From positions 1 to 44,231 of the forward strand of contig JBEGTZ010000037.1 in assembly GCA_041179125.1 (NCBI GenBank): a DNA stretch of 44,231 bases, read 5' to 3'. This DNA comes from Pseudomonadota bacterium (GTDB taxonomy: Bacteria > Pseudomonadota > Gammaproteobacteria > Pseudomonadales > Cellvibrionaceae). Of this stretch, positions 34,658 through 44,231 are shown piece after piece. Within the stretch, counting starts at the first letter, position 1. Each line of letters starts with the position of its first letter. A program made the translations under genes and the position numbers. The notes under the pieces are model-generated. The model did no database searches. It saw only the letters and a program-made list of their open reading frames with translations, and had not been told where the DNA came from.

Positions 34658-34686
34658 ATTCATTGCGCCCCTGCGTGGTGAAATGG
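34658..34686. repeat. Solo copy of the ATTCATTGC...CCCCTGCGTGGTGAAATGG motif family
   Basis: ATTCATTGC (34658-34666) matches 22204-22212. The 15-mer CCCCTGCGTGGTGAA (34668-34682) is identical to 22262-22276. Confidence 0.6.
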
Positions 34687-34756
34687 TGCAGTTATTTTTA
34701 AATGCTCAAAACAGTAACTAAAAATTAACAACACCCTAACTAGCTGGGTTTTTTGA

Positions 34757-36796
<2,040 letters not shown>

Positions 36797-36944
36797 GTGA
36801 AAATACATCCTGCATGCGCTCTATTTTATTTCCGATGAAAATCCACTTTCCCTATCCGTGGGGTTGCGCCTTCAGCTATCACAAAAACCGAATATCCGAA
36901 GATGCTCTAAATAATTAGAACCTAATCTAGCGTAGGAAATTACA

Positions 36945-37562
36945 GTGTTTCTAAATCATTTTAATTGGCAAGCCATTGCGCTTGTTTTTATATCTATATT
37001 GCTGCAAGCCTGCGCCACCTCAACGCCTGCAAATCGGCAAAATATCTGTTCGCTGTTTGAAGAAAAATCAGGTTGGTATAAAGATGCCAAAAAAGCGGCA
37101 GATAAATGGCAATCCACCGTGCCGGTTATTATGTCTATCATGTATCAAGAATCGGCCTTTGTAGCCAAGGCTAAGCCTGCACGCACAAAAATATTATGGA
37201 TTTTCCCCGGCCCGCGCCCCTCCGACGCTTATGGATACCCGCAAGCGCTGAACAATACCTGGGATTGGTACCAAGAAAACACCGGCCATTACAGCGCGCG
37301 CCGCCACGATTTTTCCGATGCCGCCGATTTTATTGCCTGGTATAACTGGCAGAGCAACCAGCGGGCGGGGGTTGCTTTTACCGATTCGTATAATTTGTAT
37401 TTGGCTTATCACGAAGGGCATGGCGGTTTTAAGCGCGGCACGTATAAAGGAAAAACTTGGTTGTTAAATACCGCAAAAACCGTAGCTGCGCGCACGGCAA
37501 ATTACGATGCACAACTGAAAACATGTCAGGAGCAACTTGAAGCGCGTCGAGGGTGGTTTTAA
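36945..37562 (+). CDS. Lipoprotein with lytic-transglycosylase (SLT)-like motif
   Basis: GTG start preceded by AGGA. Lipobox LLQAC. 'IMYQESAF' resembles the SLT catalytic E-S motif, followed by 'YGYPQALNNTW'. Function is tentative. Confidence 0.55.
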   Translation: MFLNHFNWQAIALVFISILLQACATSTPANRQNICSLFEEKSGWYKDAKKAADKWQSTVPVIMSIMYQESAFVAKAKPARTKILWIFPGPRPSDAYGYPQALNNTWDWYQENTGHYSARRHDFSDAADFIAWYNWQSNQRAGVAFTDSYNLYLAYHEGHGGFKRGTYKGKTWLLNTAKTVAARTANYDAQLKTCQEQLEARRGWF

Positions 37563-37600
37563 GGTTTTATTTTCCATCCGATTTTAATTGCACTATGTAA

Positions 37601-37620
37601 AGGCTGACCAAGGCTGACCA
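37601..37620. repeat. Perfect 10-bp tandem duplication (AGGCTGACCA x2) abutting the Cof start codon
   Basis: aggctgacca at 37601-37610 is repeated exactly at 37611-37620. The last A is the A of the ATG at 37620. Confidence 0.9.
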
Positions 37621-38483
37621 TGAACGAATTGATACACCTCAAAGACGCCGATCTCCCCAGTACACCGATAAAACTCGTGTATTTTGATATCGACGGCACA
37701 TTGTTAAATCAACACGGCGAATACCCCAGCCAATTAAAAACTGCCATAGCACGCATACAGCATTTGGGTATAAAAACCGCAGTGGCCTCAGGCCGCCCAC
37801 GCTTTGCCGCCCAATGGCTCATTGATGATCTAGGCTTAAATGCCCCCGGCGTGTTTTGCACCGGAGCACATATTTATTCGCCGGAGCAACAACAGCATTT
37901 AGTGCAACATTTTTTACCCTTAGAAACGCTGCAAAAATTATTAGCGGCCGTGCGCCATTTTGATATTTATTATGAACTGTACACTGCCGAGCATTTTTAC
38001 ATTGAGCGCGATACCGCAGCTTATATTCGCGCAACCCACGCCCAACATTTGCGGGTAATGCCATCGGTAAAGCATTTTGACGAAATAATAGGCCAAGAAC
38101 CGGTTATTAAATTGTTAATAGGTGCCAACCAACCAGCCGACATTACAGCGCTGCATCAGTTAGAGCAGATATTTTCAGAGGAATGTATTTTTGCTTACGC
38201 GGGGCTGCCTGCGTATCCTGAATGGGTATTTGCCAGTATCATAGACAAACGCGCAGATAAAAAAACTGCATTTAATTATCTGTTAACCCATCATCAGTTG
38301 TCTGCCGAACAGGTAATGAGTTTTGGTGATGCGCAATCGGATAAACAATTTTTGCAGGCTGCCGGAGTAGGTGTTGCGATGGGCAATGCATCGGCTGATG
38401 TGAAGGCAACAGCGCGGTTCACCACCAAAGCCGTATGGGACAATGGAATCGCTTATGCGTTGGAGCGTTTAATTCCTGGTTGA
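37620..38483 (+). CDS. Cof-type HAD-IIB family phosphatase
   Basis: 287 aa. Motif I VYFDIDGTLL, motif II VASGR, motif III/IV ...FGDAQSDKQFL..GVGVAMGNA. Confidence 0.85.
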   Translation: MNELIHLKDADLPSTPIKLVYFDIDGTLLNQHGEYPSQLKTAIARIQHLGIKTAVASGRPRFAAQWLIDDLGLNAPGVFCTGAHIYSPEQQQHLVQHFLPLETLQKLLAAVRHFDIYYELYTAEHFYIERDTAAYIRATHAQHLRVMPSVKHFDEIIGQEPVIKLLIGANQPADITALHQLEQIFSEECIFAYAGLPAYPEWVFASIIDKRADKKTAFNYLLTHHQLSAEQVMSFGDAQSDKQFLQAAGVGVAMGNASADVKATARFTTKAVWDNGIAYALERLIPG

Positions 38484-38543
38484 TAAATTTGGCATTTACG
38501 CCATCAGTACTCTCTTTGCTGCCCTATACTGATAATAACCTCA

Positions 38544-38585
38544 ATTGCTTTAAATCCTGTGGGTGCTAGCACCTATTGAAGCAAT
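38544..38585. promoter_or_regulatory. Nested inverted repeat / candidate operator upstream of the acyl-CoA dehydrogenase gene
   Basis: Outer arms ATTGCTT (38544-38550) and AAGCAAT (38579-38585) enclose the perfect 12-bp palindrome GGTGCTAGCACC (38562-38573). No T-run follows, so it is not a typical terminator. Confidence 0.3.
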
Positions 38586-38640
38586 ATACGGAGGCACTGT
38601 ATGGGTTTTATAAAAGACTAAAAACCAATCAAGGTGAAAT

Positions 38641-40428
38641 ATGATTAATTACCGGATCCCCAAACGGGACATGATGTTTGTATTGTTTGAATTGTTGGAT
38701 TATGAACAACACCTTCAAACATTGGGCGGCCCTGACGCGCTCAGCCGTGATGTGGTTGAAGCGATCGTGGATGAATGCGGTAAATTTTGCGAAAACGTAA
38801 TCGCCCCCTTAAATTCTTCTGGGGATAAAGAAGGCTGCCATTGGCACGATGGTGCCGTGACCACCCCTAAAGGCTTTAAAGAGGCCTATCAACATTATGT
38901 AGCGGGCGGTTGGCCTTCCATGACGCACCCGGTTGAATTCGGTGGACAAGGGTTGCCTGTGTCCATGGAAACATTGGTGAGCGACATGGTGGGCGGCGCC
39001 AACTGGGCCTGGGGCATGTACCCAGGCTTATCCCACGGTGCCATGCACACATTAAGCTTGCACGGTACAGCGGAACAAAAAGCCGTGTATTTAACAAAAT
39101 TAGTGGCCGGCAGTTGGACGGGCACCATGTGCCTTACTGAAGCCCATTGCGGCACCGACCTGGGTATGTTGCGTACCAAAGCGGAGCCACAAAGTAATGG
39201 CAGTTACCATATCAGCGGCAGCAAAATATTTATCTCCGCAGGGGAGCACGATCTTACGGAAAACATTGTGCACATTGTGTTGGCGCGCCTACCCAATGCG
39301 CCGGAAGGCACTAAAGGTATTTCGTTATTTATTGTGCCTAAATTTTTGCCCAATGAGACCTTCGGTGTGGGAGCGCGTAACGCGGTTAGCTGTGCTTCTA
39401 TTGAACATAAAATGGGTATTCACGCTAACGCAACGTGTGTTTTAAATTTTGATAATGCGGTAGGTTTTTTAATTGGCGAGCCACATCGCGGTTTGCATTA
39501 CATGTTTACTTTCATGAATAACGCGCGTTTAGGTACGGCAGTACAAGGTTTAAGCCACGCGCAATTGGGTTTTCAAAAATCATTGAATTACGCGCGCGAA
39601 CGTTTGCAGTCCCGCGCACTTTCCGGCGCTAAAAACCCCACAGGCCCTGCTGACCCTATTATTGTTCACCCGGATGTACGCCGCATGTTGCTCACGCAAA
39701 AAGCAATGGCGGAGGGCGGGCGAATGCTGGCGTATTCCATCGCTTTATTGGTTGATAAAGACGCCTGCGCCGCAGATGAAACGGAGCGCAAAGAAGCCGG
39801 TGAATTATTGGCCCTATTAACACCGATTGCCAAAGCGTTTATGACGGAAACCGGTTTTGAATGTGCAAGCCTTGCCCTGCAATGTTTTGGTGGCCACGGT
39901 TATATTCAAGAATGGGGCGTGGAGCAAAATCTGCGCGATAGCCGCATCGCTATGTTGTATGAGGGAACGACCGGTATTCAAGCGTTGGATTTATTGGGCC
40001 GTAAAATTTTAATGACGCAAGGTGAAAGCCTAAAACGATTTACTAAAATAATTCATAAATTTTGTAAAAGCCACGAAGGCAACGCTCAAATGGCCGAATT
40101 TATTGAACCGCTCGCAGCTAAAAATAAAGAGTGGGGTGAGCTGACTATGCACATTGGTATGAAAGCTATGAGCAACCCAGATGAAGTGGGGGCTGCGGCG
40201 GTGGATTATTTAATGTTTTCAGGCTGTGTCGCTTTTGCCTATTGGTGGGCGCGTGCGGTTGAAATTAGTTTACCTAAACAAGAACAACCTTTTTATGCCG
40301 CTAAAATAACCACCGCACGGTTCTTTTACCAACGTATTCTGCCGCGCACTTTAACGTACGCTGCGGCTATGAAAGCAGGGGCTGATAGTGTGCTCAGTAT
40401 GGATGCGGAACATTTTTTGTTTGAATAA
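38641..40428 (+). CDS. Long (595-aa) acyl-CoA dehydrogenase
   Basis: ACAD N-terminal, middle and C-terminal domain signatures (..GGWPSMT..FGGQGLP.., CLTEAHCGTDLG, ...YEGTTGIQALDL...) plus the extra C-terminal domain typical of ~600-aa FadE-type enzymes. Confidence 0.9.
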   Translation: MINYRIPKRDMMFVLFELLDYEQHLQTLGGPDALSRDVVEAIVDECGKFCENVIAPLNSSGDKEGCHWHDGAVTTPKGFKEAYQHYVAGGWPSMTHPVEFGGQGLPVSMETLVSDMVGGANWAWGMYPGLSHGAMHTLSLHGTAEQKAVYLTKLVAGSWTGTMCLTEAHCGTDLGMLRTKAEPQSNGSYHISGSKIFISAGEHDLTENIVHIVLARLPNAPEGTKGISLFIVPKFLPNETFGVGARNAVSCASIEHKMGIHANATCVLNFDNAVGFLIGEPHRGLHYMFTFMNNARLGTAVQGLSHAQLGFQKSLNYARERLQSRALSGAKNPTGPADPIIVHPDVRRMLLTQKAMAEGGRMLAYSIALLVDKDACAADETERKEAGELLALLTPIAKAFMTETGFECASLALQCFGGHGYIQEWGVEQNLRDSRIAMLYEGTTGIQALDLLGRKILMTQGESLKRFTKIIHKFCKSHEGNAQMAEFIEPLAAKNKEWGELTMHIGMKAMSNPDEVGAAAVDYLMFSGCVAFAYWWARAVEISLPKQEQPFYAAKITTARFFYQRILPRTLTYAAAMKAGADSVLSMDAEHFLFE

Positions 40429-40454
40429 ATATTTTTAAATTGTGCGCGAATAAA

Positions 40455-40496
40455 AAGCCTCAGTTAGTGGTTTTAACCAATAGCCGGGGCTTTTTT
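40455..40496. terminator. Possible bidirectional terminator between the acyl-CoA dehydrogenase gene and uxuB
   Basis: AAAAAGCCTC ... GGGGCTTTTTT. Short 5-bp stem (one G-U pair) with a large 24-nt loop, A-run and T-run. Weak. Confidence 0.35.
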
Positions 40497-40513
40497 GTTT
40501 GCGGTATAAATTC

Positions 40514-41974
40514 CTAGGCTAGCGCCCCCACAGCCGCCTTCATACCTGAGCGGTGCATACGCTCCAACCATTCTGCGGTGGCGTTTAAAAGTGCTGTGTT
40601 ATTGCGTAAATCGGCGCCAAACACCGGCTCAAAAGCAAAAAATTCGGCCACTAATGCCTGTGCATTATTTTTATGTTTCTGGGTTATTTGCATTAATGGC
40701 TGTGAAAGTGGGTCTGAAATACTAATGGGGTTTTGGTGTTCGTCGCTGCCATCTAAATAGCGTATCCAAGCGGCCAGCGCAAAAGCAAATAATTGAATAT
40801 CACCCTGCTGTTTAATTAAATCACGCACACTGTTTAGCCAGCGCTGAGGAATTTTTTGCGAGCCGTCCATAGCAATTTGCCCGGTGCGGTGTTGCAAGCC
40901 GGGATTGCTAAAACGCTCGATTAATTGTTGTTGATATTCCGTTAAATCAAAATTTTGCGGTGCCACCAGCGTGCCGGCTGCTTGGGCCATAAAGTTGCGG
41001 GCTAAGGCTACAAAAGTTGAGTCCTGCATGACTTGATAAATAGTGGTGTAACCCGCCATAAAACCCGCGTAAGCAAGCAGGCTGTGGCTGCCATTTAATA
41101 AACGCAATTTCATGGTTTCATAAGCGGCTACATCTTTTACTAATAATGCGCCTACCTTTTCCCAGGCTGGGCGTTGGTTGCAAAAATTATCTTCAATAAC
41201 CCATTGTGTAAAAGGTTCTGCTACCACTAAGCCTGCATCGGTAAAATGTAAATTGTCTGCTAGCCATTGTGAATCTGCCTCTGCGGTTGCAGGAACAATA
41301 CGGTCAACCATCGTTCCTGGAAAGCTAATATTGGCGCCAATCCAAATGGCAAGTTCCGGGTTGATGTGTTGCGCTAATTCAATGACGACCGAGCGGGTAA
41401 CGGCGCCGTTATGGGGTAAATTATCGCAACTTAAAATACTAATGGGTTCGAGTTTATTTAAAAAACGCTGTAGTAAACCCGCCACTAAAAAACCCGGTGC
41501 AGAAATAGGTGCGTGGATATTATTAATGTCGTGTTGAATATCCGGGTGCGCACTATTTAATGTGCCAGATGAGGGCAGGTGGCAATAACCTTTTTCGGTA
41601 ATGGTGAGCGATATTAATTTAACGCAAGGGTTGGCAATGGCGGCAATAATGGCTGCGGGGTTTTCTGGCCCAACTAATACTTGTAAAACAGAGCCAATAA
41701 TACAGGGCGTATTTTCTGCACCGCGTTCAAGCACTGTATAAAGGCCATTTTGCGGCTCTAATTGATGTTTAACGCTATCCGAGCGCAAACTGCAACCAAT
41801 AATACCCCAATCCCCCCCGGTTAAATTCATGACGGCATCGGTATAAAATGCTTGATGTGCGCGGTGAAAAGCACCGATACCCAAATGCACAATCCCCGGT
41901 TTTAATGTGTCGCGGTTGTAGCTGGGTTTTTTAAATTTAATCTGCGGTAAATAATCGTTGCAAAGTCGTAACAT
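40514..41974 (-). CDS. uxuB: Fructuronate reductase / D-mannonate oxidoreductase (long-chain mannitol dehydrogenase family)
   Basis: 486 aa. From memory it closely parallels E. coli UxuB blocks: HLGxGAFHRAHQA, SLTxTEKGYC, SCDNxxxNG, FPxTMVDRIVPA, EPFxQWVIEDNF, MKLRxLNGSHSxLAY, ERFSNPxLxHRTxQIAMDGSQKxPQR. Adjacent to uxaC. Confidence 0.75.
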   Translation of the reverse strand: MLRLCNDYLPQIKFKKPSYNRDTLKPGIVHLGIGAFHRAHQAFYTDAVMNLTGGDWGIIGCSLRSDSVKHQLEPQNGLYTVLERGAENTPCIIGSVLQVLVGPENPAAIIAAIANPCVKLISLTITEKGYCHLPSSGTLNSAHPDIQHDINNIHAPISAPGFLVAGLLQRFLNKLEPISILSCDNLPHNGAVTRSVVIELAQHINPELAIWIGANISFPGTMVDRIVPATAEADSQWLADNLHFTDAGLVVAEPFTQWVIEDNFCNQRPAWEKVGALLVKDVAAYETMKLRLLNGSHSLLAYAGFMAGYTTIYQVMQDSTFVALARNFMAQAAGTLVAPQNFDLTEYQQQLIERFSNPGLQHRTGQIAMDGSQKIPQRWLNSVRDLIKQQGDIQLFAFALAAWIRYLDGSDEHQNPISISDPLSQPLMQITQKHKNNAQALVAEFFAFEPVFGADLRNNTALLNATAEWLERMHRSGMKAAVGALA

Positions 41975-41994
41975 GGTTTATCTCATGCCTTTAA

Positions 41995-43413
41995 TTAAAG
42001 TTTATAAGCTTTTTTAACCAGGTTATAGGTTAAATCCACGGCCAATTCATGGGCTTCAGTTTCATTAATGCGATGTTCTGCAACCAGTTGCGCTAAAAAT
42101 ACACAATCCATACGGCGCGCCACATCGTGCCGTGCGGGAATAGATAAAAATGCCCGCGTGTCGTCGTTAAATCCAACGGTATTATAAAAACCGGCTGTTT
42201 CCGTGGTTTGTTCGCGAAAGCGGCGCATGCCTTCTGGGCTATCGTGAAACCACCAGGCAGGGCCTAATTTTAAACAAGGGTAATGCCCCGCTAAAGGCGC
42301 TAATTCGCGGCTATAAACGGTTTCATCCAGCGTGAATAAAATAATGGATAAATTTTTCTCGCTGCCGAATTTATCTAACAACGGTTTTAATGCCTGTACA
42401 AAATTAGTCGAAGTGGGAATGTCGGCGCCTTTATCGCGGCCAAAACGTGAAAACACATTGGCGTTATGGTTGCGGAAGGAACCCGGATGAATTTGCATGA
42501 CCAAGCCGTCTTCTAAGCTCATGCCTGCCATTTCTGTGAGCATCTGTGCGCGGAACAGTTCTGCTTCTTGCGCGCTGCATTTATTTTCTAATGCGCGTTT
42601 AAATAAGGCTTCGGTTTCGCTCCTGCTGAGGTTTGCGGTTAACGCGGTGGCGTGGCCGTGATCCGTTGCGGTGGCGCCCATGCTGCGGAAGTAGTCACGG
42701 CGTTGGCGTAATGCATTTAAATAGCCATTAAAATTAAACGTATCTTCGTTTGTCAGTTCGGCTAATTTTTTTAAATTCGGTAAAAACCCTTCAAAGTCGG
42801 GATCCATGACCGGGTCTGGGCGGAATGAGGTAATAACCTGGCCCTTCCAACCGCTGCTTTTAATTTTTTGATGATGGCGTAAATCATCCAGTGGGGATTC
42901 TGTTGTGGCTAAACATTCAATATTAAAACGCTCAAATAAAGCGCGTGGTAAAAATTCTGGCGTGGCCAGTTTTGCATTGATGTGATCAAAATACAGATCC
43001 GCAGTGGCGGGCGTTAAACAAATATCTAAATCAAAAACATACTGAAATACGTGGTCTAACCACATGCGCGATGGCGTGCCGCGAAATAAATAATAATTAT
43101 CCGCCAGTAAGCGCCAAATTTTGCGCGCGTCGCCCTCTATGGCTGCGCCATCGTGGGTGGGAATACCTAGGGATTCCAAGGGTATGCCCATGCTGTACAG
43201 CATGCGGAATACATAATGATCTGGGCGAATTAATAATTCACTGGCGTTACTGAACGGGGCATTGTCGGCAAACCAACTGGGGTCTGTATGGCCGTGGGGG
43301 CTGACTATGGGTAAATTTTTTATTTCTTGGTATAAACGGCGGGCTATATCCCGTTGTGTTGTGTCGGATGAAAATAAGCGGTCGGGATGTAAAGCGAGGG
43401 GTTGTGTGTTCAT
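41995..43413 (-). CDS. uxaC: Glucuronate isomerase
   Basis: 472 aa. N-terminal ...IVSPHGHTDP... metal-binding motif and overall length typical of the non-enteric UxaC type. Context with uxuB and kdgK fits. Confidence 0.8.
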   Translation of the reverse strand: MNTQPLALHPDRLFSSDTTQRDIARRLYQEIKNLPIVSPHGHTDPSWFADNAPFSNASELLIRPDHYVFRMLYSMGIPLESLGIPTHDGAAIEGDARKIWRLLADNYYLFRGTPSRMWLDHVFQYVFDLDICLTPATADLYFDHINAKLATPEFLPRALFERFNIECLATTESPLDDLRHHQKIKSSGWKGQVITSFRPDPVMDPDFEGFLPNLKKLAELTNEDTFNFNGYLNALRQRRDYFRSMGATATDHGHATALTANLSRSETEALFKRALENKCSAQEAELFRAQMLTEMAGMSLEDGLVMQIHPGSFRNHNANVFSRFGRDKGADIPTSTNFVQALKPLLDKFGSEKNLSIILFTLDETVYSRELAPLAGHYPCLKLGPAWWFHDSPEGMRRFREQTTETAGFYNTVGFNDDTRAFLSIPARHDVARRMDCVFLAQLVAEHRINETEAHELAVDLTYNLVKKAYKL

Positions 43414-43489
43414 ATACAGTACCTAATTGAGAAGGCGTAAAACAAGAAAGCTGTGGATAATACCGTAGTTGGTTAGGTTGCAGAATAGT

Positions 43490-43509
43490 AAGCGCTTTAA
43501 GGCCCTTAA
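43490..43509. promoter_or_regulatory. Two adjacent palindromes in the uxaC/kdgK divergent intergenic region (candidate operator)
   Basis: AAGCGCTT (43490-43497; CG-centred, LacI-operator-like core) and TTAAGG-C-CCTTAA (43497-43509). Confidence 0.25.
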
Positions 43510-43575
43510 TTAATCTTTGCACTCGGTGCTTTAACCGGGATAATGTTTCATTTTTACACAATTTACGGGGTTTTT

Positions 43576-44231
43576 ATGCTGCAAATAGTTTCTGTGGGTG
43601 AGGTTATGTTGGAGTTGGCGCCCGCCCATAGTGAAGGTACAAAACGCATCATGGGCTTGGGCTTTGCGGGGGATACTTATAATACGGCTATTTATTTGGC
43701 GCGCCTGGGTGTGCCGGTGGGTTATTTCACCCGTTTAGGTGACGATACATACAGTGCGGAGGTGGTCCAGCTGATGGCCGATGAAGGCTTGAATACTAGA
43801 GGTATTGAGCGGGTGCCGGGCCGTTCGCCGGGGTTGTATATGATTGCTAACCAAGCCAATGGCGAGCGCAGTTTTACATTTTGGCGCGGGCAATCACCGG
43901 CGCGGGAATTGTTTTCAACGGATGCTTCTATCGCTGCATTTATAGATTTAATTCAACATGCGCCCTATGTATATTTTAGTGGAATTACTTTGGGGATTTT
44001 AAATGATGTAACCCGTGAAAAATTTTTCGCGCTGTTAAAAGAATACCGAGCAAATGGAGGGAAAATTATTTTTGATAATAATTACCGCCAACAGTTATGG
44101 CTAAGCCAGGCTGAAGCGCAAAATGCTATGCAGCAAGCGCTTGAGTGCGCGGATATGGCATTACTGACGGATGATGATTATCAGCGTTTGTGGGGGAATG
44201 CTGAATTTAACCTCGTGTTACAACGCTGTAA
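43576..44231 (+). CDS. kdgK: 2-dehydro-3-deoxygluconokinase (PfkB family); 3' end lies outside the window
   Basis: Absent from the ORF track because no stop codon is reached. I translated frame 1 from ATG 43576 and found no stop to the window end. MLQIVSVGEVMLEL...GFAGDTYNTAIYLARLGV...GERSFTFWR... matches the KdgK N-terminal pattern. Confidence 0.8.
   Translation, partial: MLQIVSVGEVMLELAPAHSEGTKRIMGLGFAGDTYNTAIYLARLGVPVGYFTRLGDDTYSAEVVQLMADEGLNTRGIERVPGRSPGLYMIANQANGERSFTFWRGQSPARELFSTDASIAAFIDLIQHAPYVYFSGITLGILNDVTREKFFALLKEYRANGGKIIFDNNYRQQLWLSQAEAQNAMQQALECADMALLTDDDYQRLWGNAEFNLVLQRC

Noticed and set aside
38633-38640. Additional GGTGAAAT/GGTGAAT occurrences (38633-38640 before the acyl-CoA dehydrogenase ATG; two AGGTGAAT near 34755-34775 before ligA)
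   Set aside because: An 8-mer is expected about once by chance in 88 kb of two-strand sequence. Here the matches coincide with Shine-Dalgarno (AGGTG) plus start-codon context, so they are probably unrelated to the 17-bp repeat family.
43247-43561. 104-aa ORF (-) covering the uxaC 5' end and the uxaC/kdgK intergenic region
   Set aside because: It overlaps the well-supported uxaC start in another frame and spans the divergent promoter region. The sequence shows no protein-like features.

Overview
This is a 44.2-kb chromosomal window from a gammaproteobacterium. Two synteny blocks point to that: gpmI-envC-ctpA divergent from yibN-grxC-secB, and smc-zipA-ligA. The poly-serine-linker lipoprotein, the hexuronate genes and the roughly mid-40s %GC suggest a Cellvibrionaceae-type polysaccharide degrader, but that is inference only.

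Most of the window is housekeeping:
- a 5'-truncated arylamine N-acetyltransferase gene
- an S33 hydrolase + NatAB-like ABC-2 exporter operon
- mlaFEDCB
- ctpA/envC/gpmI, yibN/grxC/secB, prfC
- a Gfo/Idh/MocA oxidoreductase
- smc/zipA/ligA
- an SLT-like lipoprotein, a Cof phosphatase and a long acyl-CoA dehydrogenase
- a hexuronate cluster: uxuB-uxaC divergent from kdgK, which runs off the 3' end

A more accessory stretch lies at about 17.5-29.6 kb. It holds:
- a transglutaminase-like secreted protein + TPR lipoprotein pair
- a secreted 4x EF-hand protein
- an orphan ParA-like ATPase
- a 1658-aa single-polypeptide sensor (double beta-propeller/Y_Y_Y - HK - REC - GAF-like - GGDEF)
- a poly-Ser-linker LamG-like lipoprotein

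I saw no rRNA, tRNA, CRISPR array, transposase/integrase or recognisable defence, toxin or phage genes. I cannot point to a convincing new multi-gene system.

The most unusual signals are non-coding or architectural:
- three families of MITE-like palindromic elements, one showing compensatory stem changes between its two copies
- a 3x17-bp direct-repeat array belonging to a dispersed motif family
- the giant one-protein phosphorelay-to-c-di-GMP sensor
- two apparent frameshifts, one in smc at UUU-AGG-AGG and one in an alpha/beta hydrolase at an A6 run. These may be assembly errors, pseudogenes or recoding sites.
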